Part shown: piece after piece, positions 27,390 through 36,759 of the stretch
Position numbering within the stretch: position 1 is the stretch's first letter
Layout: every line of letters starts with the position of its first letter
Assembly (NCBI GenBank): GCA_035528115.1
Contig: DATKZF010000002.1
Location: forward strand, 5,751-69,750
Reading direction: 5' to 3'
Source: Candidatus Bipolaricaulota bacterium
Lineage (GTDB): Bacteria; Patescibacteriota; Patescibacteriia; UBA11705; DATKZF01
DNA: 64,000 bases
Position numbers and translations under genes: made by a program
The notes under the pieces: model-generated
Seen by the model: only the letters and a program-made list of their open reading frames with translations
The model's database searches: none
What the model was told of the DNA's origin: nothing

Positions 27390-28448
27390 TTATTGCTCGT
27401 ACGATCTTACCCCCAAATAAATGACATTACCGTCCTCCGGATGCACGGTCAAGGCTCTGCCCGCTCTCGTGGTCGGCAATTTGGACGCGCTCCAGGTCTC
27501 GCCGCCATCCGCGCTGCGATAATAATTGGTATCGGTCGCGTAGTATATCTCATTGCCGTTTTTGGGGTTGATGGCCATGGAAAATATTTTGGTAGCATCG
27601 GGTTCTGTCAATAATTTCACTTCCTGCCAAGTCGCGCCGCTATCGACCGATTTCAAAATTCCGTAACCGGTGGCGTACAAAAGTGCGCCCGTTTGCCGAG
27701 ACTGGGCAATTTCAATCGATCTGCCAGCGTTGCTGAATTCTCTCAATTGATCTCGCAAACTCTGCCAATTTTGACCGCTGTCCGAGCTTTTATAAAGATA
27801 ATTTTTTTCCGTGCCCACGTAAAGCTTGCGAGAATCATCTTTATCCAAAACGATTTGATTGACTCTTGAAGGAAAATTATAAAGTCTTTCCCAATTTTTT
27901 CCGGCGTCCTGGCTTTTATAGAAATCCCCGGAATCAAGTCCGATATAAACCATGTCGGAATTGTAATAATCCACCGTCACCGCGGTCACCAATTGTCCGG
28001 CCGCCACCTTGAATACGTCTTCCCATTCTCTGGCGCAAGTCGAAGATTTGACCAATCTGGTATTGATGGCTACATAAATGGCGCAAGGATTTTTCGAATC
28101 CACATCCACTCCTCTGACAAAACCGGAATTCAAATCATCCACGGGCATCCAGCCATTGCCGTTATTGATCGAATAAAACAAACCATTTTCCGCGGTGGAC
28201 AAATACAGCACGTTCGAATCGCTCGGATCAAAAGTAAAATCCACCACATTGACGTCGCCGATCGTTCCCGGTGTCGCGCCCGGAGTCATCAAGTCCACTT
28301 TTCTTCCCCAATTTTCTCCGTTATCCGCGGAAATGAACACACCGCCCAAGTTTTGATCCGTCTGTTTATCGCCGCCCAATTTGATGCATCCCGACAGCGA
28401 AATCATCAATAAAATCGCCGCGCAGACAACTGATATTTTTTTTGGCAT
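27390..28448 (-). CDS. lipoprotein with BNR/Asp-box (SxDxGxTW) beta-propeller repeats (Ycf48-like)
   Basis: Lipobox LSGC. Asp-boxes SADNGENWG, SINNGNGW, SQDAGKNWE, SSDSGQNWQ, SVDSGATWQ, SADGGETWS. Confidence 0.6.
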   Translation of the reverse strand: MPKKISVVCAAILLMISLSGCIKLGGDKQTDQNLGGVFISADNGENWGRKVDLMTPGATPGTIGDVNVVDFTFDPSDSNVLYLSTAENGLFYSINNGNGWMPVDDLNSGFVRGVDVDSKNPCAIYVAINTRLVKSSTCAREWEDVFKVAAGQLVTAVTVDYYNSDMVYIGLDSGDFYKSQDAGKNWERLYNFPSRVNQIVLDKDDSRKLYVGTEKNYLYKSSDSGQNWQSLRDQLREFSNAGRSIEIAQSRQTGALLYATGYGILKSVDSGATWQEVKLLTEPDATKIFSMAINPKNGNEIYYATDTNYYRSADGGETWSASKLPTTRAGRALTVHPEDGNVIYLGVRSYEQ

Positions 28449-28452
28449 AAAT

Positions 28453-29490
28453 TCATGCTTTTAGAAAAAAGTTTTCTAAACTTAATTTTATATTTATATT
28501 TTTAATAATATCTTGCCTTAAAGATTCCACTCCGAATAGCAGCGCCGTCAAATGATCGCAAGAAAACCTGCCGCGCAACTTGAGCAAATCATCGGCCAAA
28601 TGAATGTTGGAAATTTTTTCCGCCGCGCCCATTTCCGTCAAGAGCAAATCCCTGAGCACAATCGACCATTCATTGGCGTCGCTTAGCAAATCATCTTTTT
28701 TCTTTTGGCTGAATTCATCCGCGAAAAAAAACTTTTCCTTGACGCCACCGCAAAGCGCGCGCAAAAAACCGGCCTGATTGTCTTGGAGCGCCGAATATTG
28801 GTCGCCGTTCGACAAAAGTCTCATCGCCCTGGTCGGCCGGCCGAGCGCCAACCTCGAAAATATTTTCGCCTGATCTCTCGACGCGCTTTGTCCGAGCAAA
28901 TAATCGTATATGTCCGCTTTGGACACGGCCGAGAAAGAAAACGATTGGCATCTGGACACGATCGTGTCCAAAAGATTGTTCTTTGATCGGGCGATTAAAA
29001 TAATCACCGTCTTTTGCGCCGGTTCCTCCAGCGTCTTTAACAAGCTGTTGCTCGCCTTTTCATTCAAAGAATCCGCCTGCGGAACCAGCACGATTTTATA
29101 TGAATTTAGAAACGCTCTTTTACTTATTTTATCCTGCAAACCTTGCACTTGCTTGATCGAAATCTGCGTTTTCGAATCATCGCCCTCGCTGTTCAATTCC
29201 CTTTCCAAAAAATTTACGTCCGGATGAATGTTTTTCTCGAATTGCCGGCAATGGGAACATTGATTGCAAGGAACCTTCAATTTAGAATCCGAAGCTCCTT
29301 CTCTGAATTTCTTATAATTTTCGCAAAGTAATGTTTTGGCGAAAAGCTTGGCGGTCAAGGTTTTGCCCACATTATTGGGACCGTAAAACAAATACGCGTG
29401 AGTAAAAGACTCATTTTTCACGCTCTTTTGCAAAAACTTTTTGATTTTCTCCTGACCCAAAATCGGCCAGTCGAATTCCAAGTCTTTCAT
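28453..29490 (-). CDS. holB: DNA polymerase III delta' subunit
   Basis: Walker A GPNNVGKT. Zn module CNQCSHCRQF. LVPQADSLN (SRC/sensor-like). Clamp-loader size. Confidence 0.75.
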   Translation of the reverse strand: MKDLEFDWPILGQEKIKKFLQKSVKNESFTHAYLFYGPNNVGKTLTAKLFAKTLLCENYKKFREGASDSKLKVPCNQCSHCRQFEKNIHPDVNFLERELNSEGDDSKTQISIKQVQGLQDKISKRAFLNSYKIVLVPQADSLNEKASNSLLKTLEEPAQKTVIILIARSKNNLLDTIVSRCQSFSFSAVSKADIYDYLLGQSASRDQAKIFSRLALGRPTRAMRLLSNGDQYSALQDNQAGFLRALCGGVKEKFFFADEFSQKKKDDLLSDANEWSIVLRDLLLTEMGAAEKISNIHLADDLLKLRGRFSCDHLTALLFGVESLRQDIIKNINIKLSLENFFLKA

Positions 29491-29552
29491 AGATTATTAT
29501 AGCATAATATTCATGAAGCATGAATAATGAAACATCAAACCCTCAAAGGACG

Positions 29553-29640
29553 GGGGGGCAGGCAGGTTGTCCACTTTTTGGCGTCAAAAAGTGGGTCGGC
29601 GCCGCCCCAAATGGGCAAGCCGAAACCCATTCTAATTTTA
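29553..29640 (+). repeat. GCAGGCAGG structured element, copy A
   Basis: ggcaggcaggttgtccactttttggcgtcaaaaagtgggtcggcgccgccccaaatgggcaagccgaaac. Hairpin stem covaries with copy B. Confidence 0.5.
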
Positions 29641-29652
29641 TAAAAGCAAGGT

Positions 29653-30258
29653 TTATAAAAAATTTTTGGACTCTTTTAATATTGTCAAATCTCTCTGTAA
29701 GATCATCTTTCCGATTTGATCGTCTGTTGTATCATTTTCAAATAATTCAATAGCTTGCTCAAAATTAACCCAGAGCAATTTAAAACCGAATGCTATTTCT
29801 TTATCTGTAAAGGATGTTTTTCCTTTATTTCCATCAACAACGGCCACATAACAATAAGAAGTGGAGATTTCTTTAACATTGTCACGGTACTCCTTAATAA
29901 TTCCCAACTCTTTAATATTCTTTATTTCACATCCGACTTCTTCCAGGCATTCTCTCTTTAAGGTTTCAATAGGTGTTTCATTTCCCTCAATTCCGCCACC
30001 CGGCAATTTATGATAATCATATTTCCCCACATAAAGCAAAGCCACCTTGAATTCTTCATCAAAAATTACGGTTCTGGAAGCTTTTATTACTTTATAATCG
30101 TCCCTTGGCAAGGCCTCCCTTTCCCTAGCTCTTTGATAAATTGTTTTCAGCATTTTCATAATCGCTCCTTGTTTTCGTAATTTTTGTAGCCGATTAGTAG
30201 ATTCGTAGCTTAATCGCCCAAAATCACTTCCAACGTCTCGCGAGCGCATTTTTCCCAT
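29653..30258 (-). CDS. NUDIX hydrolase
   Basis: Nudix box GGGIEGNETPIETLKRECLEEVG. Confidence 0.75.
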   Translation of the reverse strand: MGKMRSRDVGSDFGRLSYESTNRLQKLRKQGAIMKMLKTIYQRAREREALPRDDYKVIKASRTVIFDEEFKVALLYVGKYDYHKLPGGGIEGNETPIETLKRECLEEVGCEIKNIKELGIIKEYRDNVKEISTSYCYVAVVDGNKGKTSFTDKEIAFGFKLLWVNFEQAIELFENDTTDDQIGKMILQRDLTILKESKNFL

Positions 30259-31400
30259 GAAAATCTCTTTATATTTTCAAAACCTTTGGCGATCAATTCT
30301 TTTCTTAAATTTTCATCAGCGTCAATTTTGTTCATGGCTCGGACAATTTCTTCTTTGCTTTTCGGATCGATCAATAAAGCCGCGTCTCCCGCCACTTCGG
30401 GCAAACTGGTCGTATTGGAACAAATCACCGGGCAGCCGCAGGCCATGGCTTCCAGCGGCGGAATGCCGAATCCTTCATACAAACTCGGAAAAACCAAGGC
30501 TCTCGCGCCGGCCGTTAATTTTGACAAGTCCTCGACGCCCACCCAGCCCGGCGTGATAACGTCTTTTTGCAAGCCGAACTTTTCAATGTTTTCTTTGACG
30601 CGCTCAAAACCGTGCGTCACGAACCCGGAACCGGTTTTTGTATTGCCAACTAAAACCAACTTGCACTCCGGTCGCGATTTTTTGAATTCAGCGAAACATT
30701 CCACCAAAAACGGCGTGTTCTTTTTTTCTTCCAGTCTGCCCGTAAAAATGAAATAAGGTGAATTCAAACCGTATTTTAATTTGATTGATTCGATTTCTTC
30801 AGCCGGATAAATTTTATAATTGCCGGCGTCAAATCCGTTATAAACCACTTTTATTTTTTCAGCCGGAATTTTAAAAACATCCATTATTTCTTTTTTGGAA
30901 AATTCGGAAATGGTGATTATTTTCCAAGCAGAAAATTTGGCGAAACGAAGAGCGTATTTATGATAGACAATATCGTACCAAGGATAAATTTTCGGAAAGC
31001 GCTCAAAGCCTATATCATGCATGGTCACCACGGTTTTCTTCGGATGAAAAAGAGGAATGACATGCGCGGACACGAACAGCCTATCAGGCTCCTTTCCTGT
31101 TTTATCTCGTACATCTTGTAATCTGTATAATCTTGTACAAAAATCTCGTAATCTCGTAACCAACATTTCATAAGACAACCGAAACTGCGTCCACAATCTG
31201 CCCGGCGGCCAATTCAAAATTTTCTCCTCAAAATTTTCAGGACAGTTTTCCAGCCCATCTTTTAGCGGAACATTGGTATATAAAAAATAGCGGTTTTCTT
31301 TATCCAATTTTTTAAACCACTGAATCAAATGATATGAATACCACTCGGTACCCGTTTTATTGGGCTTATTGGCCCGAGAAGCGTCGATGCCAATTAACAT
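30210..31400 (-). CDS. family 4 (GT-B) glycosyltransferase carrying an in-frame 66-nt repeat-derived insertion
   Basis: C-terminal EGFGIPPLEAMACGCPVICS (GT4 E-x7-E region). Residues VTRLRDFCTRLYRLQDVRDKTG are encoded by a copy of the TCTTGTAA repeat unit (31096-31160). Confidence 0.8.
   Translation of the reverse strand: MLIGIDASRANKPNKTGTEWYSYHLIQWFKKLDKENRYFLYTNVPLKDGLENCPENFEEKILNWPPGRLWTQFRLSYEMLVTRLRDFCTRLYRLQDVRDKTGKEPDRLFVSAHVIPLFHPKKTVVTMHDIGFERFPKIYPWYDIVYHKYALRFAKFSAWKIITISEFSKKEIMDVFKIPAEKIKVVYNGFDAGNYKIYPAEEIESIKLKYGLNSPYFIFTGRLEEKKNTPFLVECFAEFKKSRPECKLVLVGNTKTGSGFVTHGFERVKENIEKFGLQKDVITPGWVGVEDLSKLTAGARALVFPSLYEGFGIPPLEAMACGCPVICSNTTSLPEVAGDAALLIDPKSKEEIVRAMNKIDADENLRKELIAKGFENIKRFSWEKCARETLEVILGD
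31096..31160. repeat. YGTAA repeat unit inside GT4 coding sequence
   Basis: cctgttttatctcgtacatcttgtaatctgtataatcttgtacaaaaatctcgtaatctcgtaac is near-identical to the intergenic copy at 24318-24370. Confidence 0.6.
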
Positions 31401-31479
31401 ATTAGGTTATTAGGTAATTAGGTTATTAGGCAAAAACCACTATCCTGTGAATCTAAGAACCTAATAACCTACAAGCTCG

Positions 31480-32487
31480 TTACCTGGTCGCAAGTATTGA
31501 TCTTTTATACAAATCCAAATTATCCAAAGCCACGCCCGTGCCTTTGGCCACGCAAAGTAGCGCGTCGTCGGCGATATAGACCGGCACGCCGATGGCTTTG
31601 GAAATCAAGCGATCTATATTTCGGAGCAAGCTGCTGCCGCCGGACATGATGATGCCTTTATCGATCACGTCAGCCGATAATTCCGGCGGCGTGATGTGCA
31701 AAACTTCCTTGGTGGAATTGATAATGCCGTCCAGTTCTTTTTGCAAAGCTTCGGTCACGTCATTGGAATTCATTATAATGGTCTTCGGCAGCCCCGTGAT
31801 CATGTCCCGGCCGCGAACATCCATGGTCGGCGGACCTTCTTGATACATGGCCGAACCGATTTCTATCTTTATCGCCTCCGCAGTCCGTTCACCGATGGCC
31901 AGATTGTATTTTTTCCGAGTGTAGTCGGCAATGGCTTGATCGAATTTATTTCCGCCGATTCTAACTGATTTTGAAGTGACAATGCCTCCCAAAGAAATAA
32001 CGGCGACTTCGGAAGTGCCGCCGCCGATATCGATAATCATGTGTCCGGAAGCGCTGCCTATCGGGATATTGGCGCCGATGGCGGCCGCGATCGGTTCTTT
32101 GATAATGTAAGCGGCTCGCGCGCCCGCCGTGATGGTGGCGTCGATCACCGCTCTTCTTTCAGTCGAAGTGATACCGGCCGGCACGGCCACCATGACCTCG
32201 GGCCTGAAAATTTTAATACCGCCCAACGCTTTATTTATGAAGTATCTGAGCATGGCTTCGGTTATTTTGTAATCGGCTATTACTCCGTCTTTTAACGGCC
32301 GGCAGGCGACAATGGTGTCGGGCGTGCGACCGAGCATTTCCTTGGCCTCATCGCCGACAGCCAATATTTTTTTATCGGTCACTGAAATCGCCACAACAGA
32401 GGGCTCGTTGATCACGATCCCTTTTTTGGGCAAATGCACCAGCGTGTAAGTTGTCCCCAAATCAATGCCGATTTTTTTTATAAACAT
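31480..32487 (-). CDS. mreB: rod-shape determining actin homolog MreB
   Basis: IGIDLGTTYTLV phosphate-1 motif, DIGGGTSEVAV phosphate-2 motif. 335 aa. Confidence 0.9.
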   Translation of the reverse strand: MFIKKIGIDLGTTYTLVHLPKKGIVINEPSVVAISVTDKKILAVGDEAKEMLGRTPDTIVACRPLKDGVIADYKITEAMLRYFINKALGGIKIFRPEVMVAVPAGITSTERRAVIDATITAGARAAYIIKEPIAAAIGANIPIGSASGHMIIDIGGGTSEVAVISLGGIVTSKSVRIGGNKFDQAIADYTRKKYNLAIGERTAEAIKIEIGSAMYQEGPPTMDVRGRDMITGLPKTIIMNSNDVTEALQKELDGIINSTKEVLHITPPELSADVIDKGIIMSGGSSLLRNIDRLISKAIGVPVYIADDALLCVAKGTGVALDNLDLYKRSILATR

Positions 32488-32518
32488 ATTTAAGCGTATT
32501 CTTGAGTATCTTGTAATT

Positions 32519-32606
32519 CCTGCCTACCGGTCTTCGACTCCCGTTCGGCCACGAGCTCACGGCCGAGTGGCGAGCTCAGACTCGAGGAGCAGGCAGGCGT
32601 AACAAA
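32519..32606. repeat. GC-rich palindromic element cctgcct...gagcaggcagg
   Basis: Terminal inverted CCTGCC/GGCAGG motifs enclose an 75-bp GC-rich core in an otherwise AT-rich spacer. Confidence 0.4.
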
Positions 32607-32650
32607 TAACATAAAAGATTGATAGCCGATTGTAATTCGTAACACGCGCT

Positions 32651-33334
32651 TCATGCTCCATCCTCCCTTTTTTTCATCTCCAGCAATTTATCCAATTTTA
32701 TCTTGGTCTCCTGTTCCAAAAAATATTTGTTTATACCGGGCAAAAAAGAAAGCCACCGTCTGAGCAAGTCTATTATTTTACTCACGTTGACTTTAACCTT
32801 GTTCAATAAAATTTGAATTTTTCCGGCCGTGATTTTTCCTTCGGCAGCGAATTTTTTCTGCTCGGAAGCGGACAATTGAACATACAGTTCATAAATGTCT
32901 TCTTGCATCACATCTTGAATGGATTTCAGCTGAATATTCGCCGGCGCGGCCGTTTGCGAGGCCAAATGACTCGCCGATTCCAAATCCAAAGCTCCGCGAA
33001 CATCTTCCTTGGCTGAAGCTTCAAATTCTTTTTTTGCCGCGGCCAGCTTTTCGTGAGTTAACCTTTCTTGCTCTTTGACTTCTTGCTCTGCTTTTTCTTC
33101 CGAAACCTTTTCCAAAGCCGGCTCGGCCGGCGTTAACTTTTCCAATTGCGCGTCCTTTTTTAATGGGTCCATTGGGGTCATATGAGTTTGATTAAGTGTA
33201 ATATTTTTTTGATTTTTTTGCAAATTTTGCCAAATATCATTATAAATTGTATCATATAAATGCCCCCCTTGACAAATCTCTTGTTTTTTTGTAAGGTATA
33301 ACAAATATGAAAAAAGCAAGATTAATCTATACAA
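32651..33334 (-). CDS. hypothetical coiled-coil protein
   Basis: Glu/Lys/Ala/Gln-rich heptad-like sequence. Confidence 0.4.
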   Translation of the reverse strand: MYRLILLFSYLLYLTKKQEICQGGHLYDTIYNDIWQNLQKNQKNITLNQTHMTPMDPLKKDAQLEKLTPAEPALEKVSEEKAEQEVKEQERLTHEKLAAAKKEFEASAKEDVRGALDLESASHLASQTAAPANIQLKSIQDVMQEDIYELYVQLSASEQKKFAAEGKITAGKIQILLNKVKVNVSKIIDLLRRWLSFLPGINKYFLEQETKIKLDKLLEMKKREDGA

Positions 33335-33699
33335 TTTACGCCATAATCGCCCTGTTTATCGTGGCTTTGCCGGCCATGACCGCTTCGGGTGCGTTTTCCG
33401 ATATGCAAAACGGCCTGGAAGTATTTAATCAGCACGCGGGCTTGCCGCAGGCAGGGTTGAACCAGTTGGTAGGCAGCATTATTAAACAAGCGCTGTCATT
33501 GCTGGGCATTTTTACCCTGATTATAGTCATGTATGGCGGCTTCTTGTGGATGATTTCAGGCGCCAACGAAGACAAAAAGAAAGAAGCCAAAGGAGTCTTC
33601 GTCAATGGCCTGATCGGCCTGGCCATCATTTTAATGGCTTATTCGGCCGTAAATTATATCTTTGACGTTTTTCAGAGCGCTACCATGAGTATTGAATAA
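33307..33699 (+). CDS. small membrane protein, possibly TrbC/VirB2-like pilin
   Basis: Signal peptide-like N-terminus (…ALPAMTASG) then two hydrophobic helices separated by a short charged loop (ANEDKKKEAKG). Weak architecture match only. Confidence 0.35.
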   Translation: MKKARLIYTIYAIIALFIVALPAMTASGAFSDMQNGLEVFNQHAGLPQAGLNQLVGSIIKQALSLLGIFTLIIVMYGGFLWMISGANEDKKKEAKGVFVNGLIGLAIILMAYSAVNYIFDVFQSATMSIE

Positions 33700-33715
33700 A
33701 ATTACATAATAATAA

Positions 33716-33742
33716 AAGACAGCCTAATCGGCTGTTTTTTTG
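33716..33742 (+). terminator. rho-independent terminator gacagcctaatcggctg + T7
   Basis: Hairpin followed by a T-run directly after the stop. Duplicated at 33983-34008. Confidence 0.7.
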
Positions 33743-33759
33743 TTTAATATCATCGATCC

Positions 33760-33960
33760 TTCACATTTCCAGCACCAGGGGTCTGGGGGAAAAGCTGAGC
33801 CATAGCGCGATCCTGGTAATTTAATCGTCGCATCGCGAATCTTTTTCCCCCAGAACTTTCCTGCCTGCCGCCTGCCTGCCGGCAGGCAGGGCAGGCAGGT
33901 TGCCTACTTTTTGGTTACAAAAAGTAGGTCGACGCTGCCCCAAATGGGCAAGTCGAAACA
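33760..33960 (+). repeat. GCAGGCAGG structured element, copy B, with upstream 12-bp-stem palindrome ctgggggaaaag/ctttttcccccag
   Basis: cctgcctgccgcctgcctgccggcaggcagggcaggcaggttgcctactttttggttacaaaaagtaggtcgacgctgccccaaatgggcaagtcgaaac. Confidence 0.5.
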
Positions 33961-33982
33961 AGCCTGCTTAATCTATTTTAAA

Positions 33983-34008
33983 AGACAGCCAAAACGGCTG
34001 TTTTTTTG
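33983..34008 (+). terminator. second copy of terminator hairpin gacagccaaaacggctg + T7
   Basis: Near-duplicate of 33716-33742. Flanks the structured element (possible target duplication). Confidence 0.55.
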
Positions 34009-34078
34009 TATTCGCCAAGTATTGACTTTTTTAATAAAATATGATATAATTAAATATCCGAAACGGAAAGGAACGACC

Positions 34079-34288
34079 ATGCAATGGGAGTACTTGCTGG
34101 GATCCCTGCTGACGCTGTTCATTATGGCGTACGGCATGGCCAAGATCCTCGGAGTCCAGAAAAAGTTTGTTTCCGTCTCCAAAAAAGGCGGCCGCAAGCT
34201 CACCCGGGGAATCGTCAACCTTGTCCGAGAAGTCATCGCTCTGCCGTTTCGAATGATTCGGTGGGGCTGGCGCCGCCTGTCGAGGTGA
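34079..34288 (+). CDS. small membrane protein (69 aa)
   Basis: GGAAAGGAA RBS region. One TM helix then an Arg-rich tail. The track ORF (33911-34288) was trimmed to the RBS-supported Met. Confidence 0.3.
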   Translation: MQWEYLLGSLLTLFIMAYGMAKILGVQKKFVSVSKKGGRKLTRGIVNLVREVIALPFRMIRWGWRRLSR

Positions 34289-34368
34289 CGCCATGGTTTC
34301 ACGGATTTTGCACAGCCACTCGCCTCGCGGGTGGCTGAAATCTTTTTAAAATGTTATAATAAAATCAG

Positions 34369-35322
34369 TTGAAACAAAAATACAAAGATCGTATGGCGAA
34401 CAAATATCCCACGCTTAAAAATTCCGCGGGACTGACCTGGCTCAAAATAAAAAAACCGAGAAAAAAAGAAATCGAGTATTTGCAAAACAACTACCATTTT
34501 TCAATGGTGCATTTAAACGATTGCCTGCCTCCGCTGCAACGGCCGAGACTGATCGAACACGACGATTATCTGTTCATGATTTTGACTTTCCCCGTCTATC
34601 AAGCCAAGTCAAGAAAGATAGTGCCTCTAGAAGTGGATTTTTTTATCAGTCAAAATTATTTGATCACCTGCCAGGAAACCGATTTTTTACCGCTTGATCG
34701 ATTGTTCGAGCAATATCGAAAAGACAAAAAATTACCCTCGGCTTTGGGGTCGTCCCCAGGATCTCTTTTATATGAAATACTTAACGATTCCATCGACAAC
34801 GCTTTCCCCATGCTCAATCATATCAGCAATGACATTGAAACGCTTGAGGACAAAATATTTTTAACTAAAAAATTCAAAGAAAACGTCATTCACGATATTT
34901 TGATTGCCAGAAGAAATATCGTCAGTTTCAAAAAATCGATTCAAGCTCACAAGGCGGTCATCAGAAAAATGGTGGATAAATCGACCAAATTTTTTCCGAC
35001 CAAACGGCTGGAGACGTACTTCACCAACGTGGTTGACGATCTGAAAGAAATTTGGGACACGCTGGACAATTACGGTGGCACCATTTCCGCCATTTTCGAA
35101 AGCAATGAATCCATTTATTCCGACAGATTGAATTCAATCATCAAAACTTTGACCATTTTCTCGGTAATCGTCTTCCCGCTGACCCTTTTGGCCGCGATTT
35201 TCGGCATGAACACGACCATGCCCCTGGTAGACACGCCCTACGGCTTTTATAAAATTGTGGGCTTGATGGCGTCAGGAACACTTATCATGCTGACCATTTT
35301 TAAAAAGAAGCACTGGCTCTAA
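34369..35322 (+). CDS. corA: CorA-family magnesium/cobalt transporter
   Basis: Two C-terminal TM helices with GMN signature (IFGMNTTMP). Confidence 0.8.
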   Translation: MKQKYKDRMANKYPTLKNSAGLTWLKIKKPRKKEIEYLQNNYHFSMVHLNDCLPPLQRPRLIEHDDYLFMILTFPVYQAKSRKIVPLEVDFFISQNYLITCQETDFLPLDRLFEQYRKDKKLPSALGSSPGSLLYEILNDSIDNAFPMLNHISNDIETLEDKIFLTKKFKENVIHDILIARRNIVSFKKSIQAHKAVIRKMVDKSTKFFPTKRLETYFTNVVDDLKEIWDTLDNYGGTISAIFESNESIYSDRLNSIIKTLTIFSVIVFPLTLLAAIFGMNTTMPLVDTPYGFYKIVGLMASGTLIMLTIFKKKHWL

Positions 35323-35370
35323 ACGACTACGAATCTACGAACATTCTACCTATACTACCAAAACAATAAT

Positions 35371-35745
35371 ATGACGGAGATCCTGTATAAAGATTTAAGT
35401 TATGTATTAAATGGCATCTTCTTTGACGTCTATAACACAATCGGTTACGGAAAACGGGAAAAGGCCTATTGCCAAGCGATCATAAAAGCTTTATACAATA
35501 ATAAAATAAAGTTCCTCTATCAATTCAAAGTCCCTTTAATTTATCATGAACATAAAATCGGCAATAGATATGCGGATTTTTTTATTGATGATAAAATTAT
35601 TGTCGAAATCAAAGTTGGAAAAACAACTTCATCTGATTTCAATCAAATAAAAGAATACCTGAACGTATCCGGATTAAAATTAGGATTATTAGTTGCATTC
35701 AAAAAAGAAGAAGTGAAAATATATAGAGTCCTCAATTTATATTAA
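35371..35745 (+). CDS. GxxExxY family protein
   Basis: LNGIFFDVYNTIGYGKREKAYCQAI ... YADFFIDDKIIVEIK. Paralog of 23853-24254. Confidence 0.6.
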   Translation: MTEILYKDLSYVLNGIFFDVYNTIGYGKREKAYCQAIIKALYNNKIKFLYQFKVPLIYHEHKIGNRYADFFIDDKIIVEIKVGKTTSSDFNQIKEYLNVSGLKLGLLVAFKKEEVKIYRVLNLY

Positions 35746-35756
35746 TCATCCTTTCC

Positions 35757-35803
35757 TAGTCTCCATGTTTTCGTAGGATTCGTAACCTTCCGTAGTTTCG
35801 TAG
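35757..35803. repeat. 45-bp TTCGTAA/TTTCGTAG repeat unit (copy 1)
   Basis: ctccatgttttcgtaggattcgtaaccttccgtagtttcgtagtc is near-identical to 39943-39987. Confidence 0.55.
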
Positions 35804-35805
35804 TC

Positions 35806-36759
35806 TTAAATTTCCTTCAAGACTTTCTCCACGTCTTTTAACGTCTCCACCTTCACCAGCCTCTGCCTCGCTTCGCTCGCGTTGGGGAAACCTTTGAAAT
35901 AAAAAAGTAAAAATTTTCGCATTTCCATTATTCCTTTGTTGCCTTTCGTCTCAAACATCAATTTGGCGTGCTCAATAGCCATTTTTTTTATTTTTCTCAA
36001 ATCCCAATTTTTATAATCCCCTTTTTTCAAATACTCTTTTATCAATTTACCCAAATAAGGTTTTTTCCACAGCCCTCTGGCCAGACCGACGCCATCAACT
36101 CCGGTCTTATCAATCATTTTCTTGGTCGCTTCGGGCGAGTCTATTCCCCCATTGCCCAAAACAATTCCCTTAAAAGTTTCCTTAACTTTTTTAATCATTT
36201 CAAAATCAACAGGGCCGCTGAATCCTCCCTCATAACTTCGACCATGGATCATGACCGCGGCCACGGGCAAATCTTTTATTTTTTCAATCAAATCAGTGGC
36301 GTAAATGATTTGCTCGCCTTTTTTTATGGAAGCGCGAATTTTAATGGAAACCGGCACCTTGGCCGCTTCGCAGACGATTTTAATTATTTCATAACAATTA
36401 TCCAAATCTCTCATTAAAGTGACTCCCCCGCCATGCGCCACCACTTTTCTGGCCGGACAGCCGAAATTTATATCGATACCGTCATAGCCGAAACTTTCAA
36501 CGATTTTCACGGCCTTGGCGAACATTTCCGGACGTTTACCAAAAAGCTGGCAGACAACCGGTTTTTCTTTTTTATTAAATTTAAGCATTTCCAAAGTCTT
36601 TTTGGCATCATAATGCAGCGCGTCAGCGGAAATCATTTCCGTGTAGACAACGTCAGCGCCGTATTTTCGACAAATCAAACGAAAGGCGGAGTCAGTGTAT
36701 CCGGCCATGGGCGCCACGGCGATGATCGGCTTTTTCAATTTTTGCCAAAAATTCTTCAT
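35806..36759 (-). CDS. dus: tRNA-dihydrouridine synthase
   Basis: N-terminal IAVAPMAGYTDSAFRLICRKYGADVVYTEM. TIM-barrel FMN-site residues. C-terminal helical domain. Confidence 0.85.
   Translation of the reverse strand: MKNFWQKLKKPIIAVAPMAGYTDSAFRLICRKYGADVVYTEMISADALHYDAKKTLEMLKFNKKEKPVVCQLFGKRPEMFAKAVKIVESFGYDGIDINFGCPARKVVAHGGGVTLMRDLDNCYEIIKIVCEAAKVPVSIKIRASIKKGEQIIYATDLIEKIKDLPVAAVMIHGRSYEGGFSGPVDFEMIKKVKETFKGIVLGNGGIDSPEATKKMIDKTGVDGVGLARGLWKKPYLGKLIKEYLKKGDYKNWDLRKIKKMAIEHAKLMFETKGNKGIMEMRKFLLFYFKGFPNASEARQRLVKVETLKDVEKVLKEI

Noticed and set aside
33911-34288. 125-aa version of the small ORF starting at 33911
   Set aside because: The upstream 56 codons run through the structured repeat/terminator region. 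The internal Met at 34079 is preceded by a GGAAAGGAA RBS-like sequence, so the shorter form was preferred.
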